Assembly (NCBI GenBank): GCA_964422395.1
Contig: CAYRAO010000003.1
Coordinates: forward strand, 90,344-154,343
From: an uncultured Clostridia bacterium
Lineage (GTDB): Bacteria > Acidobacteriota > Aminicenantia > UBA2199
DNA: 64,000 bases
Direction: 5' to 3'
Shown: positions 56,173 to 64,000 of the stretch, piece by piece
How the letters are laid out: every line of letters begins with the position of its first letter
How positions within the stretch are numbered: the stretch's first letter is position 1
Made by a program: the position numbers and the translations under genes
The notes under the pieces: model-generated
Told to the model about the DNA's origin: nothing
The model's input: only the letters and a program-made list of their open reading frames with translations
Database searches by the model: none

Positions 56173-57763
56173 CTTTCATTAATTTGTAAATTATCGAATC
56201 TTTTAAAGCTTCAAACGACGCCTCGATAATATTTTCCGATACTCCAACCGTTCCCCACTTTTTTTTGCCGTCGGTTGATTGTATTAATACACGAGTTGTT
56301 GCTCTTGTTCCAAGATTTTCATTTAATATCCTTACTTTATAATCTAATAGCTTTACAGATTTTAAGCTTGGATAAAACTTTTCAAGAGATTTTCGCAGAC
56401 TCTTATCCAAAGCTTCAACAGGACCTGCCCCGTCCGCCGACGTATGCTCGAAATTTTCGGGAATTCCCAATTTATCGGAAACTTCTTTTGCAACCTTTGC
56501 CTTTATTGTTGCCTCCGCCCAAGTATTGTTCCCATCGGGATCCTTCCATACATGTACCCTGTATCCTTCAATTTTAAAATACTCCTTTACCTTGCCCAAC
56601 ATTTTTTTAAATAAGAGTTCAAAGGATGCCTCCGCACCTTCAAAATGATAACCCTTTGCCTCAAGTGACTTAACTTTCTTTAATGTTTCTAAAACCATAT
56701 CCGATTTATTATCAACGGATAAGCCCATCTCTTCAGCTTTTTTTAAGAGATTACTTTTTCCTGATAATTCCGAAACAGATACAGATCTCCGATTTCCCGT
56801 TGCTTCCGGTGTTATATGCTCATACATTGCAGGATCTCTTAAAACGGCGGATACGTGGATACCACCCTTGTGTGAAAAGGCATTTTTTCCTACAAAGGGG
56901 AGATGTGCCGAATGAGCCCTGTTTGAGAGTTCCGATACAAGCCTTGATAATGAAGATAACCGTTTTATCGATTCTTCGCCGATGGTATTTTTATTCATTT
57001 TAAAGGTGAGATTAGGAATTACGCTGCATAAATTTGCATTTCCACATCTTTCGCCTATACCGTTTATAGTTCCTTGCACGTGAGTGATACCCTCTTTAAC
57101 CGCTGTTATTGCATTGGCGACGGCAAGTTCGGAGTCATTGTGTGTATGAATTCCAAGAGGAATGGAAACCTTATCTTTTATTTCCCTAATGATTAATTTC
57201 AATTCATCTGTCATGGTTCCTCCATTGGTATCACATAGTACAATACAGTCGGCACCGCTTTCTTCGGCGGTTTGAATTGTTTTTATTGCATATTCTTTGT
57301 TAGATTTATATCCGTCGAAAAAGTGTTCCGCGTCGTAAATCACCTCATCGGAGTATTTTTTTAAGCATTCGATTGTTTTAAAAATCATATCAAGATTCTC
57401 TTCATAGCTTGTTCTAAGTGCATGCTTCACATGTTTGTCCCAGGTTTTTCCGAATATTGTTACTGCCGGTGTTTCAGCTTTTATAAGTTGGCTAATGTTT
57501 GGATCGTTTTTTATGTTAATATTCGCCCTCTTTGTTGAACTGAATGCGGATATTTTGGCATTTTTAAAATTAATTTTTTTGACCTCATTAAAAAAATCAA
57601 TATCCTTTGGATTTGATCCGGGCCAACCACCCTCAATATAGTGAAAACCCAAATCATCAAGAGCCTTGGCTATTCTTATCTTATCTTCTTTAAGAAATGA
57701 AACACCCACTTCTTGAGCCCCGTCTCTTAAGCTTGTATCAAAAATCTTTATATTCTTTTCCAT
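56150..57763 (-). CDS. cimA: citramalate synthase / LeuA-family 2-isopropylmalate synthase homolog (CimA-type)
   Basis: IFDTSLRDGAQ...GFHYIEGGWPGSNPKD N-terminus characteristic of the citramalate-synthase branch of the LeuA family. 537 aa with a C-terminal regulatory domain. Confidence 0.8.
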   Translation of the reverse strand: MEKNIKIFDTSLRDGAQEVGVSFLKEDKIRIAKALDDLGFHYIEGGWPGSNPKDIDFFNEVKKINFKNAKISAFSSTKRANINIKNDPNISQLIKAETPAVTIFGKTWDKHVKHALRTSYEENLDMIFKTIECLKKYSDEVIYDAEHFFDGYKSNKEYAIKTIQTAEESGADCIVLCDTNGGTMTDELKLIIREIKDKVSIPLGIHTHNDSELAVANAITAVKEGITHVQGTINGIGERCGNANLCSVIPNLTFKMNKNTIGEESIKRLSSLSRLVSELSNRAHSAHLPFVGKNAFSHKGGIHVSAVLRDPAMYEHITPEATGNRRSVSVSELSGKSNLLKKAEEMGLSVDNKSDMVLETLKKVKSLEAKGYHFEGAEASFELLFKKMLGKVKEYFKIEGYRVHVWKDPDGNNTWAEATIKAKVAKEVSDKLGIPENFEHTSADGAGPVEALDKSLRKSLEKFYPSLKSVKLLDYKVRILNENLGTRATTRVLIQSTDGKKKWGTVGVSENIIEASFEALKDSIIYKLMKDEGEESE

Positions 57764-57765
57764 TA

Positions 57766-59430
57766 TTATTCTTCCTTAAAAACAGCACCTTTGCTCGATG
57801 ACTGCACTTGAGAAGCGTATCTTTTCAAGACTGATTCCGTTATCGGTTTTCTATTATTCTGAATTTGATCATATCTGATTCTTATTTCTCCTTTATTTAC
57901 AAGGAGTTCAATGGTCCTTTTGTTTACGTTGATTGCTATTGTGTCATTATTCTTTACTATTTGTATTAATCCACCTTCCGCCGCTTCGGGAGAGATATGC
58001 CCGAAAACCGCCCCTTTGGAACCACCCGAAAATCTTCCGTCCGTAATTAAAGCCACGTCGTTAATTAATCCCATTCCGATTATTGCAGAAGTTGGGGAGA
58101 GCATTTCTCTCATCCCGGGTCCCCCTTTCGGACCTTCATATCTTATTACTACAACGTCACCTTTTTTAATTTTACCGTTTAAAATTGCATCGGTTGCGTC
58201 CTCTCCGTTATCAAAAACTACAGCCGGTCCCTTAAATATTTTCATCTTTTCGGGGATACCTGAGGTTTTTGCTACCGCACCGTTTTTAGCTAAATTTCCA
58301 TAAAAAATACCGAGACCCCCTTCTTGATTATATGGATTATTCAATGGTCTTATTATTTCACTGTTTTTAATTTCCGTCTCTTTTATTAATTCTCCTATAC
58401 TTTTCCCTAAAACGGTTTTTGCGGAAAATTCAATAAGTTTTTTATCCGACAATCTGTTTAAGATCGCATAAACTCCACCGGCATTGTACAAATCTTGAAT
58501 ATGGTACGGACCAACAGGCGACAGATTACAAATATGAGGTACTTTTCGACTAAGTTCATCAAAAAGGTCAATATTAAAATCTACTTCGAAACTATGTGCA
58601 ATTGCCTTAAGATGTAGAACCGTATTCGAAGAACCTCCCAAAGCAAGATCAGCTACCACTGCATTATATAGAGAATCTTTTCCAACTATATCTCTCGGTT
58701 TAATATTGTTTTTTACCAAGTTCATCAATGTGTGACCTGTCTCTTTTGCCAGTCTTATCCGTTCGGCATAAACTGCAGGAATTGTACCGTTTCCGGGTAG
58801 CGAGACTCCAAGAGCTTCGGAAATTGCATTCATTGAATTTGCCGTAAAAAGTCCGGCACATGACCCTGCTCCCGGACAAGCTAAGTTTTCAATATTTGAA
58901 AGTTCGGTATCGTCAATCTCTCCTTTGGCGTATTCCCCCACCGCTTCAAATACCGTAACCAAATCGATGTTTTTACCTTCAAAACTTCCCGCAAGCATGG
59001 GACCTCCGCTTATTAAAATTGACGGAAGATTTAATTTTCCCATTGCCATAAGCATGCCCGGGGTAATTTTGTCACAGTTGGAGATAAAGACCATTCCGTC
59101 AAAGGGAGTGGCGTTCGCAACAATTTCGATAGAATCGGTTATTAATTCTCTTGACGGTAATGAGAAAGACATCCCTTTATGATTCATTGCGATTCCGTCA
59201 CAAATACCGATTGTGTTAAATTCAAGAGGGGTGCCGCCACCCATAATCACCCCTTTTTTTACAGCTTCGCTGACGGCTTTCAGATGAATATGACCCGGAA
59301 TTATTTCATTTGAAGAAGATGCAATGCCAATAATCGGTTTTTGAATCTCTCGATCTGTCAGTCCCAAAGCTTTTAAAAGAGAACGTTGGGGTGAATTTTT
59401 ATATCCTTTTTTAAATATATCGCTTCTCAT
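57766..59430 (-). CDS. ilvD: dihydroxy-acid dehydratase
   Basis: 554 aa. Conserved [2Fe-2S] ligand region (CDKITPG; [14 protein letters not shown]) and C-terminal ILVD/EDD motifs. Confidence 0.95.
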   Translation of the reverse strand: MRSDIFKKGYKNSPQRSLLKALGLTDREIQKPIIGIASSSNEIIPGHIHLKAVSEAVKKGVIMGGGTPLEFNTIGICDGIAMNHKGMSFSLPSRELITDSIEIVANATPFDGMVFISNCDKITPGMLMAMGKLNLPSILISGGPMLAGSFEGKNIDLVTVFEAVGEYAKGEIDDTELSNIENLACPGAGSCAGLFTANSMNAISEALGVSLPGNGTIPAVYAERIRLAKETGHTLMNLVKNNIKPRDIVGKDSLYNAVVADLALGGSSNTVLHLKAIAHSFEVDFNIDLFDELSRKVPHICNLSPVGPYHIQDLYNAGGVYAILNRLSDKKLIEFSAKTVLGKSIGELIKETEIKNSEIIRPLNNPYNQEGGLGIFYGNLAKNGAVAKTSGIPEKMKIFKGPAVVFDNGEDATDAILNGKIKKGDVVVIRYEGPKGGPGMREMLSPTSAIIGMGLINDVALITDGRFSGGSKGAVFGHISPEAAEGGLIQIVKNNDTIAINVNKRTIELLVNKGEIRIRYDQIQNNRKPITESVLKRYASQVQSSSKGAVFKEE

Positions 59431-59461
59431 TGTTCCTCCCTTTTTGATATCATGAAAAAAA

Positions 59462-60451
59462 TTATTTATTCCATGCCATCATTTTTCTTAGTTTTTCTCC
59501 TACTTCTTCCAATTTATGATTCTTTTCGATGTTTCTATTTGCTTTCATGAAAGGTAATCCCGATTGCTTTTCCAGAATCCACTCTTTAGCAAATCTTCCG
59601 TTCTGAATATCTTTCAAAATCTCTTTCATTTTGTTTTTAACATCCGATGTAATTAATTTTTGCTGGGTAATATAGTCCCCAAATTCGGCAGTGTTACTTA
59701 TAGAGTCTCTCATTTTGGAAAATCCACCCTCATAAATAAGATCGACTATAAGTTTCATCTCGTTAATACATTCGAAATAAGCCATTTCTGGCTGATATCC
59801 CGCATTGACAAGCGTTTCGAATCCTGCCTTCATAAGGGATGTGACACCTCCGCATAGAACTGCTTGCTCTCCGAATAAATCGGTTTCGGTTTCCTCTTTG
59901 AATGTAGTTTCAAATATTCCCGCTCTTGCAAGTCCAACACCTTTACCGTATTCCAGTGCGAGATTAAATGCATTTTTTGTATAATCCTGATAAACGGCAA
60001 TAAGTCCCGGAACGCCTTTACCGTTTTCAAATTCTCTTCTTACGATATGACCCGGACTTTTGGGTGCGATTAAAGTTACATCAATATTTTCGGGAACAAC
60101 AATCTGTGAGAAATGTATTGAAAATCCGTGTGCAAACATCAACATGTTACCTTCTTTTAGATTTTCAGCTACATCTTTCCCATATACTTCTGCTTGTACC
60201 TCGTCAGGTAAAAGCATCATAATAACATCTGAAGATTTAACTGCATCGGCAATATTTAAAACTTCCAAATCCTGTTCTTTAGCGATTTCTCTGCTTTTAC
60301 TGTTCTCTTTTAAACCTACAACAACATTATAACCACTCTCCTTAAGGTTTAGAGCGTGAGCATGTCCCTGACTTCCAAAACCCAATACGGATATTTTTTT
60401 CCTTTTTAAAATATTCCCGTTAACATCTTTTTCATAATAAATTTTTGCCAT
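59462..60451 (-). CDS. ilvC: ketol-acid reductoisomerase
   Basis: [19 protein letters not shown]-binding motif. 329 aa. Confidence 0.95.
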   Translation of the reverse strand: MAKIYYEKDVNGNILKRKKISVLGFGSQGHAHALNLKESGYNVVVGLKENSKSREIAKEQDLEVLNIADAVKSSDVIMMLLPDEVQAEVYGKDVAENLKEGNMLMFAHGFSIHFSQIVVPENIDVTLIAPKSPGHIVRREFENGKGVPGLIAVYQDYTKNAFNLALEYGKGVGLARAGIFETTFKEETETDLFGEQAVLCGGVTSLMKAGFETLVNAGYQPEMAYFECINEMKLIVDLIYEGGFSKMRDSISNTAEFGDYITQQKLITSDVKNKMKEILKDIQNGRFAKEWILEKQSGLPFMKANRNIEKNHKLEEVGEKLRKMMAWNK

Positions 60452-60959
60452 TTTTGTTCTCCTTTTTTTTCCATCTGTTTATTGCAACGACCCCCGATCT
60501 GACTATTTCAACAATATCGTTAAAATCAATCATATCTATAAATGATTCCAGTTTTTCAATAGTTCCGGTTATCTCGACTATTAATCCTTCAGAATTTATA
60601 TCCACTATTTTCCCCTTAAATACATCAATTGTGTGGAGGAGTTTGTCTCTTGTCACATCTGTAACCTTAATTTTGATTAAAGCCATCTCTTTTTTAACAC
60701 TGTTTATACTTTCAATCGGAGATACTTTTACAACATCAATGATCTTAAAAAGTTGTTTTTGAATCTGATCAAAGGCATGATCATCCACCAATGTTGATAT
60801 TGTCAACCTGACCATACCCCTTTTTTCCGTTTCTCCGACTCCGATGCTTTCAATATTAAAGCCTCGCCTTGTAAATAATCCCGAAATTCTCAATATTATT
60901 CCGGGATTGTTGTAAACGAGAATTGATAAAATCTGTTTGTTTAAATTTTTATTTTCCAT
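60432..60959 (-). CDS. ilvN: acetolactate synthase small (regulatory) subunit
   Basis: ACT domain ([28 protein letters not shown]). 175 aa. Confidence 0.9.
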   Translation of the reverse strand: MENKNLNKQILSILVYNNPGIILRISGLFTRRGFNIESIGVGETEKRGMVRLTISTLVDDHAFDQIQKQLFKIIDVVKVSPIESINSVKKEMALIKIKVTDVTRDKLLHTIDVFKGKIVDINSEGLIVEITGTIEKLESFIDMIDFNDIVEIVRSGVVAINRWKKKENKNGKNLL

Positions 60960-60970
60960 TTTGTTTATCC

Positions 60971-62644
60971 TTAAGTATTTGAAATCCCCTTATCGATCGA
61001 ACCACCGGCAGGAACCATTGGTAATACGATCTCGTTTTTTGCAATCATTGCATGAATTAGCATCGGTTCGTCAGCTTCTGCAAATGTTTTTATTAAATCT
61101 TCACTTTTATTTATATCCGATAACGTTTCCGCACTTATACCGACAGCATCGGCTATTTTTTTGAAAGAAGGATTGAATTCCAAAAGAGTTCCCGAATATC
61201 TCTCTCCGAAAAAAAGTTGCTGCCACTGTCTTACCATTCCTAATGAAGAGTTATCCAACACAAGTATCTTGATTTTAAGTTTGTACTGACTTATTGTCAT
61301 CAATTCCTGAATATTCATTTGAAAACCGCCGTCTCCAACGATTACTACAACTTCTTTCTCCGGTTTGGCGAATTTTGCTCCGATTGCAGCGGGAAGTGCA
61401 AATCCCATGGTGCCAAGCCCTCCCGATGTTAAGAAAGTATTCGGTTTTTTAAATTTGTAAAAAAGAGCTGTCCACATTTGGTTTTGACCTACATCGGCAA
61501 TTACAATTGTATCTTCATTGAAATATTTATTTACTAATTCGATCAGATATTGAGGTTTGATTTCATAGGTTTTCTCATAGCAGAGGGGGTTCTCAGATTT
61601 TTTTGAGGATAATTCATTATTCCAATCGGAAAAATTTGTTTCGGATAGTTTAAATTTTAAAAATCCGTTTAAAACATTCCGAATATCTCCTACAATCGGC
61701 ACATCTATTTCAATATTTTTATCAATTTCCGCAGGATCAATATCTACGTGAATAATTTTAGCTTTTTTACAGAAGGTGTTTCTGTCACCGGTTATTCTAT
61801 CGCTGAATCTTACTCCCAATGCGATTAATAAGTCAGAGTTTTGTACTGCATAATTACCGTAAACAGTTCCATGCATTCCGATACTTCCGATATATAAATC
61901 TTCACTTGGAAAAGTTCCATGTCCCTGAAGAGTTGTTACGAGCGGGATATTATTTCTTTTTGAAAATTCATTTACAAGTTTTACGGAGCGTGAACTAATG
62001 ACCCCTCCTCCCGATAAAATTAACGGTTTCTTTGATTCTTGTAGCAACTCCATGGCTTTTTTAATCTGCTTGGGATGACCGTGTATTTTTGGCTTATAGC
62101 TTTCAATGTTAATTACATCCGGATAAAAGTACTCGGTTTCCGTTTTTTGAATATCAACGGGAATGTCAATTAAAACCGGACCTTTTCTTCCGGTCGAAGC
62201 AATATGGAATGCTTTTTTGATTGTGGTAGATAATTCATGTATATCGGTAACCAAAAAATTAGCTTTGGTAATCGGCTGCGTTATTCCCGTCGTATCAACT
62301 TCCTGAAATGCATCCGTGCCTATCATTGATGTTGAAACTTGTCCGGTGATTATTACCATCGGTATTGAATCCATAAATGCCGTTGCAATTCCCGTAACGG
62401 TATTTGTTGCTCCCGGTCCTGATGTTACCAATACGACACCGGGTTTCCCCGTTACCCTTGCATAGCCGTCGGCAGCATGGGTTCCTGCCTGTTCGTGTCT
62501 GGTTTGAATGATTTTGATCTCTTTTCCGTTTTTAAAAAATTCATCGAATACGGGGATTACCGCACCACCCGTATAAGCAAAGATTGTATCAACTTTCTCC
62601 TTTTTTAATGATTCAACAATAATTCTTGCCCCGTTAAATTTCAT
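60971..62644 (-). CDS. ilvB: acetolactate synthase large subunit
   Basis: TPP-binding GDGGFQMNIQEL. FAD-region motifs. 557 aa. Confidence 0.95.
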   Translation of the reverse strand: MKFNGARIIVESLKKEKVDTIFAYTGGAVIPVFDEFFKNGKEIKIIQTRHEQAGTHAADGYARVTGKPGVVLVTSGPGATNTVTGIATAFMDSIPMVIITGQVSTSMIGTDAFQEVDTTGITQPITKANFLVTDIHELSTTIKKAFHIASTGRKGPVLIDIPVDIQKTETEYFYPDVINIESYKPKIHGHPKQIKKAMELLQESKKPLILSGGGVISSRSVKLVNEFSKRNNIPLVTTLQGHGTFPSEDLYIGSIGMHGTVYGNYAVQNSDLLIALGVRFSDRITGDRNTFCKKAKIIHVDIDPAEIDKNIEIDVPIVGDIRNVLNGFLKFKLSETNFSDWNNELSSKKSENPLCYEKTYEIKPQYLIELVNKYFNEDTIVIADVGQNQMWTALFYKFKKPNTFLTSGGLGTMGFALPAAIGAKFAKPEKEVVVIVGDGGFQMNIQELMTISQYKLKIKILVLDNSSLGMVRQWQQLFFGERYSGTLLEFNPSFKKIADAVGISAETLSDINKSEDLIKTFAEADEPMLIHAMIAKNEIVLPMVPAGGSIDKGISNT

Positions 62645-62673
62645 TATTTACCTCTCTTCTTGATTTTGTACTG

Positions 62674-62690
62674 AAAAAGCGGTCGCTTTT
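62674..62690 (-). terminator. candidate attenuator/intrinsic terminator hairpin 30 nt upstream of ilvB start
   Basis: Minus-strand AAAAGC-GACC-GCTTTTT. The 6-bp stem includes the A/U tracts and is followed by U-run context. Weak and AT-rich. Confidence 0.25.
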
Positions 62691-62772
62691 GTAGTTTTAA
62701 ATAAATATATGACTATAGGTATTAATTGATCGAAAAACATTGTTTGCAGTTAAAGAATCAGTTAAAAAACTA

Positions 62773-62943
62773 TTAATTTTGAGAATATTCAAGATATGAA
62801 TATTCTGATTTCGTATGCAAACAATTTGATATAATGCGTATAATTTCTATTAATATGGGTTTTATAAGGAGTATAATGTTAATAATGATAATTGAAATAG
62901 CCTCGATTAATATTGACTTTTTAATTACATTATTGTTTAACAT
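62773..62943 (-). CDS. ilv-leu leader peptide (56 aa; 23 of 56 residues are Ile/Leu, plus one Val)
   Basis: Minus-strand ORF with GGAG 7 nt upstream. Sequence MLNNNVIKKSILIEAISIIIINIILLIKPILIEIIRIISNCLHTKSEYSYLEYSQN. Lies in the 550-bp leader region upstream of ilvB. Too short to appear in the ORF track. Confidence 0.5.
   Translation of the reverse strand: MLNNNVIKKSILIEAISIIIINIILLIKPILIEIIRIISNCLHTKSEYSYLEYSQN
62782..62806 (-). other. perfect 10-bp inverted repeat (AGAATATTCA-N5-TGAATATTCT) inside the 3' end of the leader-peptide ORF
   Basis: Read directly from the sequence. Candidate pause/anti-terminator stem of the attenuator. Confidence 0.3.
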
Positions 62944-63196
62944 TTTTTTCTCCTTTTGTCGGATTGCATATAATTTAATCCGATAAAAATATTTTTTTTA
63001 TTTTAGGTTGACATTACTAACAGTAAAAAGAAGTTTTGTCAAGAGAGGTGGTGTGATAAAAGAGAAACACCTCAACTCTCTATTATTTCTCAATAAGAAA
63101 TTAAGTGCTTAGAAAATGGTGTATAACAGGATATTCGGAGACACGGGAGAGTTGTCCTCTTCGGCTCAAAAGTATGATTAGGTTTATGATCTCAAT

Positions 63197-63541
63197 CTAT
63201 TTTCTTACGGCGGTCCAAGTCCCTGTTTTATCGGCGTTCCTTTTTATGGTACCACTCATTTTATTGTCATCGGTAGATGTTCCTGTATACGTAGTACCGT
63301 TTGTATATATCCAAGTAATATTCTTACCGTTAACGGTGTATGTACCACCTTTTTCCCCATTAAGTGAGAATATTCCTGAAGTTTTGCTACCGGTAAATGT
63401 GATTGTGTAAGCTGGTAGTGCGAAGAGTTCGGTGTAAACTTTCCAAGTTCCCTGAATATCAAATTTTTTCTTACATCCCGAACTAAACATCATCGTAATA
63501 AATAATGTTACTACCAATAAAATCATCAATTTTTTCTTCAT
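63197..63541 (-). CDS. small Thr/Gly-rich lipoprotein (114 aa)
   Basis: Lipobox FSSGC. GGGGG RBS. Confidence 0.55.
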   Translation of the reverse strand: MKKKLMILLVVTLFITMMFSSGCKKKFDIQGTWKVYTELFALPAYTITFTGSKTSGIFSLNGEKGGTYTVNGKNITWIYTNGTTYTGTSTDDNKMSGTIKRNADKTGTWTAVRK

Positions 63542-63888
63542 TTTACCCCCTTTAATAACTTTTTATCAAAATCAGAAAGATTTTTCAATTATTTTTTGTA
63601 TTTTTGTGGAGTGTTGGTAGATTTCTGATAAATCTCTGTAAATCAGGGGTGACGGTGCTTTATTTCTTTGATTTATTTTTAAGAAATATTTGGTATTAAT
63701 AATTAATAAAGAAGAAATGGCATTTGTATCACTTTTTAAAAAAAGATTGGAGGAATTGTATATAAGATAAAGGAGATAATATAAAAAGAATTTTGTGTAC
63801 ATCGGTAAAAGTTGAAACTGATTATCCGAGAGTTTATAATTTCATAGGACAAAATAATGGACAAAGGTTGTTGAATAGGGAGGTATGC

Positions 63889-64000
63889 GATGATTGATGT
63901 TCTCGGATGGATGACAGTGGCTTTTTTTGTAATATTTATATTTTTGGCAGTTTTGAACAAAATTTGGTCTTTGTTTAAAAAACCTGTTAATCCGTCCATA
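63889..64000 (+). CDS. N-terminus of a membrane protein. Gene continues beyond the window end.
   Basis: GGGAGG RBS 7 nt upstream of ATG 63889. MIDVLGWMTVAFFVIFIFLAVLNKIW... is hydrophobic. The minus-strand ORFs 63572-63802 and 63736-63999 are probably spurious. Confidence 0.35.

Noticed and set aside
1-64000. CRISPR arrays, IS elements, prophage genes, toxin-antitoxin pairs
   Set aside because: No regularly spaced direct repeats, transposase/integrase-like ORFs or small paired ORFs with TA hallmarks were seen on either strand.

Overview
This is a 64 kb chromosomal window from a low-GC diderm bacterium, judged diderm because it encodes TolC-like, BamD-like and LolA-like proteins and outer-membrane β-barrels. 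Many genes carry AGGAG-type ribosome-binding sites. Coding is dense on both strands, and I saw no integrases, transposases, CRISPR arrays or rRNA.

Contents, in order along the window:
- A partial BNR/sortilin-repeat protein that runs off the left edge.
- A signalling module: an FHA-domain σ54 activator converging on a minus-strand unit that encodes a receptor Ser/Thr kinase with a TPR sensor, then a tandem-duplicated β-barrel protein and a double zinc-ribbon protein behind a candidate σ54 promoter.
- A YdiJ-like flavoprotein/Fe-S oxidoreductase.
- A GT-C (ArnT/PMT-like) membrane glycosyltransferase.
- A secreted BNR/Ig-like protein.
- Housekeeping genes ahcY, mutS, rmuC, rpe and a BamD-like lipoprotein.
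- A surface-glycan operon: rfbA, rfbB, an SDR epimerase/reductase, a GMC oxidoreductase, a GtrB-like GT2 and a DUF2304 protein.
- A six-gene TolC-HlyD-2xABC-2xABC2 efflux operon with a perfect palindromic operator.
- An adjacent ECF σ / anti-σ / HtrA-like protease unit with an rpoE-P2-like promoter.
- A periplasmic thioredoxin-TPR protein next to a membrane cytochrome-b/HdrD-like Fe-S protein.
- murI, a GerMN protein and an AmiC-like amidase.
- A tRNA-Val / tRNA-Asp / tmRNA transcription unit.
- A TetR / MMPL / LolA-like / β-barrel export cluster.
- A GH20 hexosaminidase plus a BNR lipoprotein.
- An ilvBNC-ilvD-cimA-leuCDB operon preceded by an Ile/Leu-rich leader-peptide attenuator.

All functional calls rest on motifs read directly from the translations. 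No database search was possible.
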